NCBI RefSeq assembly: GCF_001194135.2
Contig: NC_069005.1
Span: 8,180,518 to 8,238,715 of the forward strand
Source of the DNA: Octopus bimaculoides
Taxonomy: Eukaryota
Length of the DNA: 58,198 nt
Direction: 5' to 3'
Both the position numbers and the translations under genes were made by a program. The notes beneath the pieces were generated by a model. The model saw only the letters and a list, made by a program, of their open reading frames with translations. It ran no database searches and had not been told where the DNA came from. Positions 36,780-49,176 of this stretch are shown here, in pieces (the first letter of the stretch is position 1; each line of letters begins with the position of its first letter).

Positions 36780-37117
36780 GTAGGAAGGCTATAATGTTGC
36801 TGTTACTGTTGTTGTTATTAATGAGCTTGTATTATATAAAGAGGATATGCTTCAGGAGGTGTGAGCACTGGAAAGGGCAGTGCTTCTAGGGATTAGTGTT
36901 AACTGGACACAGGCTGGGGCTTGATAAGTCTTTGCTGGGTCACCTGGATGAGTGTCTGATGTTGAAAATCCCCAAATACCTAATATGTCCAGGTGTATGA
37001 CAGGATGATGTATAGGAAAAAAATAGTGATGATGATAACTGATAATGATTTATTTTTTTAATTATCCAATTAAAATTTTTTTTTTTCATGTCCCGTTTCT
37101 TTGGTTTACATCAACAG

Positions 37118-37297
37118 GTCACCCCATCGTCCAAAGTGGTCGGGGATATGGCCCAGTTCATGGTACAGAATAAACTGACTTCCGACGACGTCCACAACAA
37201 AGCTGAAGAATTGTCGTTCCCTGTCTCAGTGGTGGAGTATTTCCAGGGGCTTCTTGGAGAGCCTCCAGGTGGATACCCAGAGCCTCTCAGAACAAAG
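37118..37297 (+). CDS. PC: PC exon 17
   Basis: [54 protein letters not shown]. Confidence 0.98.
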
Positions 37298-37596
37298 GTA
37301 AGACAACTTAAACAAACTAGAGTTATGTCCCTTCAATTAAAGGCTGTACAAGCAGCAGCTTTTCATTCACAATTCTGTTGACTTGTTTCCGTCGTTTAAC
37401 TGCAGCCATGCTGGAATACCGCCTTAAAGGGGTTTTTTTAGTCGAAGAAATCGACCTCAGGACTTATTCTTTGTAAGTTTAGTACTTATTCTATCGGTCA
37501 CTTTTACCGAATTGCTAAGTTATGGAGACATAAACGTACCAACATCGGTTGTCAAGTGATGGTGGTGGGGACAAACACAGACATAAAGACACACAA

Positions 37597-37636
<40 letters not shown>

Positions 37637-37655
37637 ATAGATACANNNNNNNNNN

Positions 37656-37686
<31 letters not shown>

Positions 37687-38435
37687 ATAGATACACGACA
37701 GGCTTCTTTCAGTTTCCAGCTACCAAACCCACTCAGAAGGCTTTGGATGGCCCGAGGCTATAGTAGAAGACACTTACTCAAGGTGCCATGCAGAGGAACT
37801 GAACCCAGTACCACGTGCTTGGGAAGCAAGCTTTTTACCAGACAGCCATCCCGAAGGAAAAAAAAAAAAGAAGAAAAAGAGAATTAAGCTACGAAATTTC
37901 TACATTCCCTTGATTTCCTGTAATTCAGATCATCTCATGGTCCCAGCATCCCAGGAAAGAAAATGGAAAAGGCATTGACCTGGAAGATGGCGAGGGAGAT
38001 GCGCTGGAACAACCACTCTGGCTTGGGGTTTGCACTTGCAATGTTATGGTTTCAATTCCAGAGCTGACAGTGCATTGTGTTCTTGGGTAAAACACTTCAT
38101 TTCATGTTTCTCCAGTTCACTCAGCTGTAAATGAGTAACCTTATGATGGACTGGCATCTCATCCAGGGGGAATATTGTGATCTTGATCATTTATACACCA
38201 AATCTGTTGGTCTTATGAGTTCTATGACTTGAGATAATACTTACTTTATTATTAATCATCATCATCATCATCATTTAATGTCTGCTTTCCATGCTAGCAT
38301 GAGTTGGACGATTTGACTGGGGACTGGCGAACCAGATGGCTACACCAGACTCCAATCTGATCTGGCAGAGTTTCTACAGCTGGATGCCCTTCCTCATGCC
38401 AACCACTCATGTTCATATATTTTTTGTTGTTTTAG

Positions 38436-38684
38436 ATCTTGAAAGGATTGCCAAAGATCGACGGTCGTCCTGGGGCCTCTATGGAACCATTTAACTTTGA
38501 GAAAATGCGTGAAGAACTGAAACAGAAGCATAAGACAAACGTTCACGAAGTCGATCTGATGAGTGCTGCTCTCTACCCGAAAGTCTTCTCTGATTATTTT
38601 GAATTCCGACAGAAATATGGACCTGTTGAATGTCTGGACACAAAACTGTTCTTGGTTGGTCCACAGATGGCACAGGAATGTGAG
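38436..38684 (+). CDS. PC: PC exon 18
   Basis: TTTTAG/ ILKGLPKIDGRPGASM..DLMSAALYPKVF..YGPVECLDTKLFLVGP..ECE /GTAAGA. Confidence 0.97.
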
Positions 38685-39048
38685 GTAAGAACAAATTACA
38701 CTAATCCCGAGACTGACCTTAGATTTGTGATACAAATTTCCTGTTTCAAATTAATTACTGTTTCTAAATTAAAATTTTCCACCAAAATTTCTTGTTAATT
38801 CAGGTTCCAAATATTAAATTAATATTGACAAAGTTCTTTTACAAAATTCTTCATTATTTTCAAAATTAATTGAAACAAAGCCAATGTATCTTTGCAGAAA
38901 TATGGTAACAAAAAGCTTAAAGTGATCTAAATTAAAATTTTCCATAAAAAATTGTAGTTAATTTACATTCCAAACACCAGATTAATTATGGCTAAGCTTA
39001 TTTATACACACACACACATATTTATCCTTCGTTGTTATCTGTTCTCAG

Positions 39049-39189
39049 GTAGAAATTGAGCGAGGAAAGACCCTCCATATCAAAACTCTGGCCGTTGGTG
39101 ACATTGGAGATGATGGCCGACGAGAAGTCTTCTTTGAACTCAATGGACAGTTGAGGTCTGTGAAAATCATAGATGAATTAGCAATGAAG
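39049..39189 (+). CDS. PC: PC exon 19
   Basis: [54 protein letters not shown]. Confidence 0.97.
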
Positions 39190-39797
39190 GTAAGTCAATG
39201 TTGGAAAATCAATTTTTAAGTTATTTTACACAGTTTACATTCACTTATCATGACATCATTGGCCAAATAGACCTATGATAATGATCAATGATGTGGTATA
39301 GTATCTTGTTTATTGCACCCCAAGCACTAAGATATACACATACATGTATGTTAAGTATATATATGTGTGTATGTGTAGCTAAGAAATTTGCTTAACAATC
39401 ACATAAAACTGGAAGCTGTCTGCTTTACATATGTATATATGTATGTATGGATGTGTATATATAAGTACCAGTTGAGCTCTGGGGTCAATGTAATTGACTT
39501 ACCCACTCCGCTGAACATGCTGACCTTGTGCCAAAATTTGAAATCATCATCATCATCATTATTATTATGATGATGATGATGATGAAGGTGGCAAGCTGGC
39601 AGAATCGTTAGTGCGCTGGGCGAAATGCTTAGCAGTATTTCATGTGTGTGAACATTCTGAGTTCAAATTCCACCGAGGTCAACTTTGCTTTCATCCTTTC
39701 GGAGTTGATAAATTAAGTAGTAGTGAAACACTGGGGTTGATGTCATCAACTAGTCTCTTCCCCCAAAATTTCAGGCCTTGTGCCTTTAATAGAAAGG

Positions 39798-39847
<50 letters not shown>

Positions 39848-40059
39848 TAAGGTAGCAAGCTAGCAGAATCATTAGCACTCTGAGCAAAATGTTTAGCAGT
39901 ACTTCCCCCTTTTTTACGTTCTGAGTTCAAATTCCAGCAAGGTTGACTTTGTCTTTCATACTTTCAGGGTTGATAAATTAAGTACCAGTCAAATACTGGG
40001 TCGATGTGATCAACTTACCCTCCCCACAAATTTCAGACCTTGTGCTTATAGTAGAAAGG

Positions 40060-40104
<45 letters not shown>

Positions 40105-40136
40105 GCTATTATTCATTATATTTCATTATTTTCTAG

Positions 40137-40388
40137 GATTTGGTAATACATCCAAAAGCAACGAGTGATCCTAGTTCTATTGGAGCACCAATGCCTGGCA
40201 CCGTTGTTGATATAAGAGTGAAGAAAGGTGACACTGTTGAGAAGGGCCAGCCAGTCTTGATTTTGAGTGCCATGAAAATGGAAATGATTGTCACCGCCCC
40301 ATTATCGGGAACAGTCTCCAGTGTAGCAGTGACAAAAGATATGAAGCTCGAAGGGGACGATCTCCTGATGGAAATTCAACCAAATTAG
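40137..40388 (+). CDS. PC: PC exon 20 (biotin carboxyl carrier domain and stop)
   Basis: [43 protein letters not shown]; AMKM at 40269-40280 with the biotinylated Lys codon at 40275-40277; TAG 40386-40388. Confidence 0.98.
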   Translation, partial: DLVIHPKATSDPSSIGAPMPGTVVDIRVKKGDTVEKGQPVLILSAMKMEMIVTAPLSGTVSSVAVTKDMKLEGDDLLMEIQPN

Positions 40389-40582
40389 AATAGAAAAAAC
40401 TGGTGATGATGATGATGATGTCGATGGTGATGGTGATATTGATGAATAAGTGTGATAATGATGATGATGGTGATGATTCACAACTGAGGACCTGATTTTC
40501 TTTTTGAAATTTATAAAATATACATCGACTTCATCAAGGAACAGGCTCCATCTTCCATGAAGAATAATACACACACACACAT

Positions 40583-40626
<44 letters not shown>

Positions 40627-41424
40627 TTACACATATTTATATACTACATAAATGTACAGTAGTCCCCTTTACCCCTCCATCATAAATTACATCTCTCCCT
40701 TATTTGTGGGTGTTGGGAAAAAAAAAAAGCAAAAAATAACTGTCTTTCTTTGATTCAACAATTAAATTAATTACAACATATGCATTAACACACACACACA
40801 CANNNNNNNNNNNNNNNNNNNNNNNNNNNNNNNNNNNNNNNNNNNNNNNNNNNNNNNNNNNNNNNNNNNNNNNNNNNNNNNNNNNNNNNNNNNNNNNNNN
40901 NNNNNNNNNNNNNNNNNNNNNNNNNNNNNNNNNNNNNNNNNNNNNNNNNNNNNNNNNNNNNNNNNNNNNNNNNNNNNNNNNNNNNNNNNNNNNNNNNNNN
41001 NNNNNNNNNNNNNNNNNNNNNNNNNNNNNNNNNNNNNNNNNNNNNNNNNNNNNNNNNNNNNNNNNNNNNNNNNNNNNNNNNNNNNNNNNNNNNNNNNNNN
41101 NNNNNNNNNNNNNNNNNNNNNNNNNNNNNNNNNNNNNNNNNNNNNNNNNNNNNNNNNNNNNNNNNNNNNNNNNNNNNNNNNNNNNNNNNNNNNNNNNNNN
41201 NNNNNNNNNNNNNNNNNNNNNNNNNNNNNNNNNNNNNNNNNNNNNNNNNNNNNNNNNNNNNNNNNNNNNNTTTATTAAAATTATTATTTTGAAAAAAATA
41301 ACAAAACAAAAGAAATTTACAAAATTTGCAACGCTTTTATTTTATTTTGTTTCTTTTGGTTGTTAGTATATTTTCTGTAACATTTTTCTATTAATTATTA
41401 TTATTATTATTATTATTAATAAGT

Positions 41425-41971
41425 AAGTCAGTGAGCTGGTAGGATTGTTAACATGATGACCAAAATACTTAGCGGCATTTTGTCCAACTTTATATTCTGA
41501 GTTCAAATTCTGCTGAGGTCGACTTTGCCTTTCATCCTTTCAGGGGTCGATAAATTAAGTACCAGTGAAACACTGGGGTCAATATAATCGACTAGCTCCC
41601 CCCCACTAAAAACTTCAGGCCTTGTGCTTTTAGTAGAAAAGATTGTTATTATTATTATTATTATTGTCATGATAAAAGACAGCAAGCCGACAGAATCGTT
41701 AGCACGCCAGGCAAAATGCTAACAGCATTTTGTCCGCCCTTATGTCCTGAGTTCAAATTTCACCAAGGTAGATTTTTTTCCTTTCATCCTTTCAGATTCA
41801 ATAAAGTAAGTACCAGTGGAGCACTGGGATAAATATAATTGCCTAGCTCCCCTCCCTCAAAATTTCAGGCCTTGTGCCTATAATAGAAAGTATTATTATT
41901 ATTTCATTTCAAGGGTTTCCCCGCATAGCTTTTCCCATTGCTCTGCCATGTGCACATCTGCATTTCTTTAG

Positions 41972-42008
<37 letters not shown>

Positions 42009-43180
42009 TTAGTGTTGCTGTTGTTGGTTTGTTGCTGTTGTAACGCTTAGCTGTTGATTTTGAAATCATTATTGTGCTTAAAATGGCAGAACTGGTATAG
42101 CGACGACCAGCAAAATGCTGCTTGCTGTAGGTTAGTTACATTCATTCATTCCTTTGCATTTTGAGTTCAAATCCCACCAAGGATGGGTTTTTTTAATTTT
42201 TTCTTTATCATTTCAGAATCAGTAAATAAAGTACCACTTCTGTTCTGGAACCACTTCTGCCACAAGTGGCTGATTAATAGAATTGTTTCAGTGTTGGAAA
42301 AGACACTCTTTAGTATTAATTTCAGCTCTTTAGGTTCTGAGTTCAAATTACACTGAGGTCAGCTTTGCTCTTTTATTTTCCAGGCTTGATAAAAATGAAG
42401 TACCAGTCAAGTACTGGGGTAGATAGAATTGACTTATTCTCTCTCTTCGAAATTTCTGGCTTTGTACTAAAATTAGAAATAATTATTATTATTATTATTA
42501 TCATAAGGTTGTGAGCTGGCAGAATCGTTTGCACATCAGGTGAAATGCTTAGTGGTATTTTGTCTGCCACTATGTTCTGAGTTCAAATTCTGCCAAGGTC
42601 AACTTTGTCTTTCATCTTTTTGAGATCGATTAAATAAGTTCCAGTTATGTGCTGGGGTTGATGTAATTGACTTAACACCCCACTCCTCCAAGCTGCTCTT
42701 GTGGCAATAGTTTGAAATCATTATTACCTCCGCCTTAGCTAAGGCAGAGGTATTGTTTTCAGTCGTGTTTGTCTGTCTGTGGACAGGATATCTCAAGAAC
42801 CACTGGATGGATTCTGATGAAACTTTTAGGGATGTTTGGGTTTGTGACTGGCATAAACTTATTAGATTTTGGGATTAATCCAGTACTGGACGAGGATTCT
42901 GGATTGTTTTTCCGTTTTTTTCACTTTATTTTTGAGAGTGGCAGTTAGGTCTCAAATCTTACTCTGGTAGAATTGTTAGCATGTCAGAGAAAATGCTTAG
43001 CAACATTCCTTCTGGTTCTTTACATTCTGAGTTCAAGTTCCAGCAAGGTCAGCTTTGCCTTTTATCCTTTCAGAAATGATAAAATAATTACCAGTTGAGC
43101 GCTTAGGTTAATGTAACTTGATTTAACTTCTCCTCTAAAAACTAGTGGCTTTGTGTCAAAATGTGAAATCAGGACTCACT
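41425..43180 (+). mobile_element. Long chain of about 6-7 SINE family B copies downstream of PC
   Basis: Repeated GCTGGCAGAAT..TTCTGAGTTCAAAT..AAGTACCAG units, most separated by (ATT)n; count by eye. Confidence 0.8.
42722..42930 (+). mobile_element. Helentron-associated (HINE/DINE-like) element, copy 2
   Basis: Terminal hairpin CCTCCGCCTTAG/CTAAGGCAGAGG followed by (GTCT)n and a conserved body shared with 10940-11140. Confidence 0.55.
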
Positions 43181-43204
43181 TGGCAGCCAAACTCAGATCT
43201 GTGC

Positions 43205-43400
43205 CTGTGTTGAGCAGCCAGGTTCAAGGTTTCTGTTTTCTTCTTTAAATGTCCATGGCTTAGCCCATCTCCTGGATTCTTCAACTGCGACATCTGATCT
43301 TCGTTGGATAAATTCTCTATGTAGGATTTCCTCTTTCCAGTTTTTGGTTTTTTTTATATTCCTCATCAGATTTTTCTTTGTATTCTTGGAGGTTTTCTCT
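43205..43400 (-). mobile_element. Degenerate R4/Dong-like LINE fragment (region between RT and zinc knuckle)
   Basis: Minus strand WKEEILHREFIQRRSDVAVEESRRW[fs]LSHGHLKKKTETLNLAAQ resembles the recalled WKEKxLHGQF..SWxWLxxGxLKxETExxIxAAQ block. Confidence 0.55.
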
Positions 43401-44039
43401 CTTTTTCACTCTTTCTCACCTTCTCTCTCTCTCTCTCTCTCCCATACACCTCTCTCTCTCTCATACACCTCTCTCTCTCTCTCTCTCACATTTCTCTCAT
43501 CTCTCTCACACCTCTATCAGACCTTTTCTCTCTCACACACCTTTTCTCTCTCACACCTTTTCTCTCTCTCACACCTTTTCTCTCTCTCACACCCCTCTCT
43601 CTTTCAGTCCTCCCCCTCTCTCTCTCTTTTATACAATCTCCACTTGATTGTATAAAAACAATAACCTAAGTATCTGAGTTTCTAAACTGAACTATCGTGT
43701 CTAATTGGCATTAATTAACAGTGAGTAACCTTAATTGACGATAATTAATTGAGCTATCTAATCTCTCTTAATTATCTTGAAATATATTTTTGTTTATTTG
43801 ATTTGTTAGTTCTTTGGTTGTTTGTGTAGTTTTGGAAATGAGATTCGAAACAACACTGATGGCAGCAACAACAAAAACTGTAACAACAACAGCACTAGTA
43901 CTAGTACCACTTGTAACAGCACTTGTGATACCATATGTAGCATGTAACAACATGTTAAGACCACTTGAAACATGTGCAATAACTTTACCATCATCAATTG
44001 TCATTAACTACAACAACAAAAGCCAACAAGATAAGCCTC

Positions 44040-44880
44040 TACGTGGTCATTCAACCTGCTAGAAATAGCAAACAAGTTTGCTCAAATTACACCCTATCCT
44101 CTAGAGAAAGAAAAGAACACACTGAATAATGTAGTCCTCCATTCTCTTAAAAAGCTGAGATGATTATGTCTGGAACTCCTTTGATTGTACCCCTGCTCAG
44201 TTGGGGATGACCTAGGGTTAAAAAAGAACAGTCACAGTGAAATCTATAACACCAAGAAGTTAATAAGGGGATTCTCTACATTGTTGCCAAGCATGCTAGA
44301 AATATCAACCAAATCTCTCTCAGATTGCACTCTGCTTTCCTAATACATGAAAGATACATTGGCTATTGTGTTAAATTTCATTCAATATTATGGGATGGCC
44401 ATAGCTGAGACACCTTTGATCAGAAGCCTGTTCAATCAGAGCTGACTTGGACTAAGCAACAACAGTAATGATTAGGAATCAATGATTGTGTCTTTAAGGA
44501 GTCACTTGGTACACTAAATATAGTAGCCAAAACTCCCTCAAACCATGTCTTACCATCATAAACAAGAAGAGGACATATTGGCTAATGCATTCCAATATAA
44601 CCTAAAAATGAGACAGTCATGTCTGGATTATTTTCAATCATAGCTCTGCTTAACCACCTCCACCAATAACAACAAATATTGAGCCAGTGAGGGAGTCCCT
44701 GTGTGGTTATGCAACTTGCTAGGAGTAGTAATCAAACTTCCTCAAACCACCCCCTATCTTTTTATAAAAAGACTTAATGGGTAATGTTGTTTCATGGTGC
44801 ATTACTGCAGAAGAAATAAACTGTTTGGTCATGGCTGGAATGTCTCAACCAAGGCTGACCTAGGGCTAAACATTAACAAC
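44040..44880 (+). repeat. Four diverged, roughly 220-bp tandem units ending in (AAC)n-like tails
   Basis: Units begin near 44043, 44283, 44500 and 44703, sharing CAAC.TGCTAG.A.TAG..CTCAAA..CATTGG.TA.TG..GCTGAC.TRGG.CTAA..ACAAC. Confidence 0.55.
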
Positions 44881-45733
44881 TAAATACCACTATAAATGAT
44901 TACCCCATCATCTTTAACACACACACACATGCCCAGGATGGGGATTAAATATAGAGTAATATTCAGTGATTGAGCTGAATTATAGGATTAAAAATATTAA
45001 TTACTAATATTAGGATTAATGTGAAGGCACAGTGGCTAGTGGTTCAGGTGTTGCACTCATAATTGCAAAATTGTGGTTTCAATTCTTGAACTGGGCTTTG
45101 CATTGCGTTCTTAAGCAAAGCACTTCATTTCGAGTTGCTCCAGTCCACTCAACTGCGAATGAGTAACCCTGCAGCAGACTGGGATCTCATTCAGGGGGAA
45201 TGTTGTAGTCTTGTTCACATATTTACACTGGAGACCAGGTAATTGACCCTCTGAGTTCCAGGACTCGAGATGCTAATGTCCAGAGATTGATAATGATTAA
45301 GATTAATAATATTACCCTTATGGGGTCAATACAATACAGTATTCTTTTTTATCCATCTGGAGTTGATAAAAGAAACTACTAGTCAAATATTAGGGTCCAT
45401 GATATTGTCGAATTCCCTCCCTTCAAAATTGCAGGCCTTGTGCCTAAATTAGAAACCATCATCACCATCATCATCATCATTATTATTATTAAAGTGGTGA
45501 GCTGGCAGAATCATTAGTATGCCTGGCAAAATGCTTAACAATATTTTGGCCCGTCTTCATGTTCTGAGTTCAAATTCTGCTGAGATTGATTTTGCCTTTC
45601 ATTCTTTCAGGTGTGATAAAATAAGTACCACTTAAAACCTGGGACCAATGTAATTAACCGACCTCCTCCCCAAAATTTCTGGCCTTGTGTTAAAATTATT
45701 ATTATTATTGTTATTATTATTATTATTATTATT

Positions 45734-46306
45734 CAGTAGTTTTATTTTTATAACGTGCTTTCACTTCACTACCGAGCGCAGCTCTGTGCGCCTTGGGTAT
45801 GTGCTGTGGTTTGCTGTGGTGCTCTTATGTTTACTGTATTGAAAGTGTTTTGCGTAGAATGTGTGCAGTACCCAGTAGTGCAATTTTCTGTATGTTATAT
45901 ATATTTGTAAGTCCTGGTGTTTTTGTTATNNNNNNNNNNNNNNNNNNNNNNNNNNNNNNNNNNNNNNNNNNNNNNNNNNNNNNNNNNNNNNNNNTATGTA
46001 TTTGTCTGAATATTTTTTTATTATACCTAAGGCACCTACTATGATAGGAATTGTTTCTGTTTTTAGATTCCACATTCGAGTTATCTCTATTTCCAGGTCT
46101 TTGTATTTTGAAAGTTTTTCCATTTCTTTTAGAGAAACGTTGTCATCTGCTGGTATTGAAACATCAATTAGAAGGCATTTTTTTCCTTCATGATCTTTGA
46201 CAACTATATCTGGTCTATTTGCCTTAATTTCTCTATCTGTGTGTATTGGCATATCCCAGAGTATGGTTGCTTTCTCGTTTTCTGTGACCTTTTCTGGCGT
46301 GTGTTT
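45734..46306 (-). mobile_element. 5'-truncated R4/Dong-like non-LTR retrotransposon: RLE domain, 3' UTR and (AAT)n tail
   Basis: ILWDMPIHTDREIKANRPDIVVKD..CLLIDVSIP..KEMEKLSKYKDLEIEITRMW..IPIIVGALG..LQKIALLGTAHILRK-type C-terminus with the PD-D-K restriction-like endonuclease signature; stop at 45831-45833; ATT repeats on both sides. Confidence 0.85.
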
Positions 46307-46778
46307 ATCATTATTAAGGCAGCGAGCTGGCAGAATCATTAGCATGCCAGGCAAAATGCTTAGTGGTATTTCGGCCGTTGCTATGTTCTGAGTTCAAATT
46401 CCACTGAGGTTGACTTTGCCTTTCATCCTTTCAGGATCAATGAAATAAGTACCAGTTGAGTACTGGGGTCAATGTCATCAACTAGCCCCTTCACCCAAAA
46501 TTTCAGGCCTTATGCCTCTAGTAGAAAGGGTTATTATTATTATTATTATCATTATTATTATTAAGGTGGTAAGCTAGCAGAATCATTACCATACAGGGCA
46601 AAATGCTTAGCAGCATCTCTTCTGGCTCTTTATGTTCTGAGTTCAAATTCCATCAAGGTTGATTTTGTCTTTCATCCTTTCAGGTCAATAAAACAAATAC
46701 CAGCTGAGCACTGGGGTTTGATGTAATCGAGTTAACTCTTTCCCCTAAAATTACTGGCCTTATGCCAAAATTTGAAAC

Positions 46779-46815
<37 letters not shown>

Positions 46816-48709
46816 TCTCAGACAGATCTCAACTCCTCCAGTGGTGTCTCCAGCCATCTTGGTTCTTTTTGCATCCTGTTAGCTTGTCAGTAGTTTCCAT
46901 TTTGTATAGCACCATCTCTTGCATGATTCTTCTAGATTCTCACCTATAGATGTTGGACTTAAAAACCCTTGGCTGCAATCTCACTAAGCTTGTCTTTTTT
47001 TTTATCTTTCATTCTCCTGGGGAAAGAAGGGTTGGAAAAAAATAAGTACCAATAATGTACTCTGATAAATTTAAAGTACTGGTAAGCAAACCACTTGAAA
47101 TTTGGACCTTTGTTTACAGTGTCAGGGTTTATAGCTCATTGGCTTTTGTGTTCGAAAAATACTGATTTTAGCAAAAAAAAAATCATATGTAAACCTTATT
47201 GGATATACATTTCCTTTAATGCAAAACATATGTTTCTATGAAGATTTTAGGTGGGAAACTGAACACGTATTATGAATTTAGTGTAGCATATATTTTGGTT
47301 AATGTTCCAAGACGTGTTCCTCAGAAAGATTCCAAATTCAAACTGTTCCTACATTGTGTGCTCCATTATTTCTTTTTCCTTTTTCGTTTTGTTTTGTCTA
47401 CATTTTTTTGTTGTTACATTTTGTTTTCATTTTAAAAATTATATATTCTATCAACTCCCCCCATCACCACCTATATGATTTAATCTACACTCAGTTTAAA
47501 AAAATTACATAAATATATAACACACACACACACAAACACATGCATATTAAATGTACTAAAGAGTTTAGAAGTTTATTAATTTCAAGGAAGAAAATTGTAC
47601 AGAAACATATTGTTATGTCTAAAAAAATTCTGTTCTAACAATTAAGTTCAAATCTTACTATCTCACCTAATAATTTTTTTTTCTTTTTTTCTTACTTACA
47701 CCTTTTTTTTTAATCTACACTCAGTCTAAAATGAAAACAATTCACACACACACGCACACATGTCTAAGAATCCATTTTCTATACATGCCATCTCTGACGA
47801 GTATATTTAGTAGGTAATTGTCTGATTATCTAACATAAAACTAATCGGTAAGATTGGCTGTATTGGATCTGTAATAGTGTATACTTTGATTTTTTTTTTT
47901 ACATACATGCACATACACATGCATACATATATATATGTATATATATATTCATATATATACATATGCAAAGCATTCACACATACATATATAAGCAAGAAAA
48001 TAAAGAAGTCAGCCAGTTTGAAAAACAAAAACAAGGAGAAAAAAAGAAAGCAACAACAGACAGAATCGAAGAAGAGAAAAATAAAATAAATCTCAAGAGA
48101 TCTTCTACCAAAATATTTTTTACCAGAAGCAGGAAACATCAAAATGGCAATGAAATGAAAATAACTGAAGAATGGTGTTCTTAGAAAGAAAAAAGGAAAA
48201 AGAAAAAATTCAAAAGATGATGGATTTGGATTGAAGAGGAAAATTTTAAAGAACCAAACATGAAATAGAATGAGTTTTGGAACCATGTGGAAAGTAACTT
48301 TGGATGTTTTCTTTTGAAAAGACTGTATTTCCAAAAGGCAAATCTATGGAATCATTTGATTAAGTAAGTGTTTGTGTACATGTGTGTGTGTGTGTGTGTA
48401 TGATATGTTAATGCTTGTTTGGTCAAGCTTCTATTTTGTCTGCACTAAATATATCTAAATATCCGATACTCAAGAAGACATAATATTTTTTTGGTCTATT
48501 TCTGTTGAGTTCATTTTACTTTCTTAGTATTTCTTCTATACCTCTCACATACACACACACACAAAGTATATATACATATTGTATGTATTACATTGTTAAA
48601 TATTACATAAAATACATAGATAAGTTTATATATATATATATATATATATATAATACACACACACACACATATTTTATATATATGTGAATATATATCTGTG
48701 TATATGTAC

Positions 48710-48743
<34 letters not shown>

Positions 48744-49142
48744 TTTATACACGTGTGTATATACATTTTATATATATATGTATATATACGTATATGTGTG
48801 TGTGTGTGTGTGTGTATATAATATGATATATAACATATATAATATATAACATTTACAATCTCTTATTACATGCAATTACAGCAAAGACCTTTCCTATCCT
48901 GATGTATTAAATTGATAAGTGTAAACATTATAGTTTAATTATTGGATTAATTACCTGTCCGTTCTTAATTATCTACTCTCAGATTTAAGTCTTATCCACC
49001 AGTTTATCTCACTGCTAATTGCTTCCATTCTTTCTTTGTTTTGCATATTACACTTCAGCTTTTCCTTTTATGCCTATAGTTGACCTCTGTAATGATCTTA
49101 AACAGTAACATCATACAATGCCACCTTCTGGCTTTCCTCTGG

Positions 49143-49176
<34 letters not shown>

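Larger units (their letters stand above)
14630..40388 (+). other. PC: Pyruvate carboxylase gene span (20 coding exons, about 1194 aa)
   Basis: All 19 introns are GT-AG with compatible phases; exon lengths sum to 3585 nt. Motifs [49 protein letters not shown], HxHTHD, PGGQYTNL, KVTPSSK and AMKM occur in the canonical order. Confidence 0.98.

Noticed and set aside
37605-37700. Direct repeat around the 10-N gap (similarly at 57575-57584 and the 65-N gap at 45930-45994)
   Set aside because: Flanks overlap or duplicate across placeholder gaps, and the second LINE copy is contiguous at the 45930 position; assembly artefacts.
2916-41270. PC coding exons hidden in N gaps
   Set aside because: The 20 visible exons join in frame with every expected motif and give a normal-length protein; only UTR exons could be hidden.
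43768-44004. 78-aa minus-strand ORF MTIDDGKV..
   Set aside because: Low-complexity T/S/V/A content derived from ACA/ACT repeats, no motif and no splice signals.
47807-48334. 175-aa minus-strand Phe-rich ORF as a membrane protein
   Set aside because: Produced by T-runs and (TA)/(TG) repeats; composition-driven with no domain signature.
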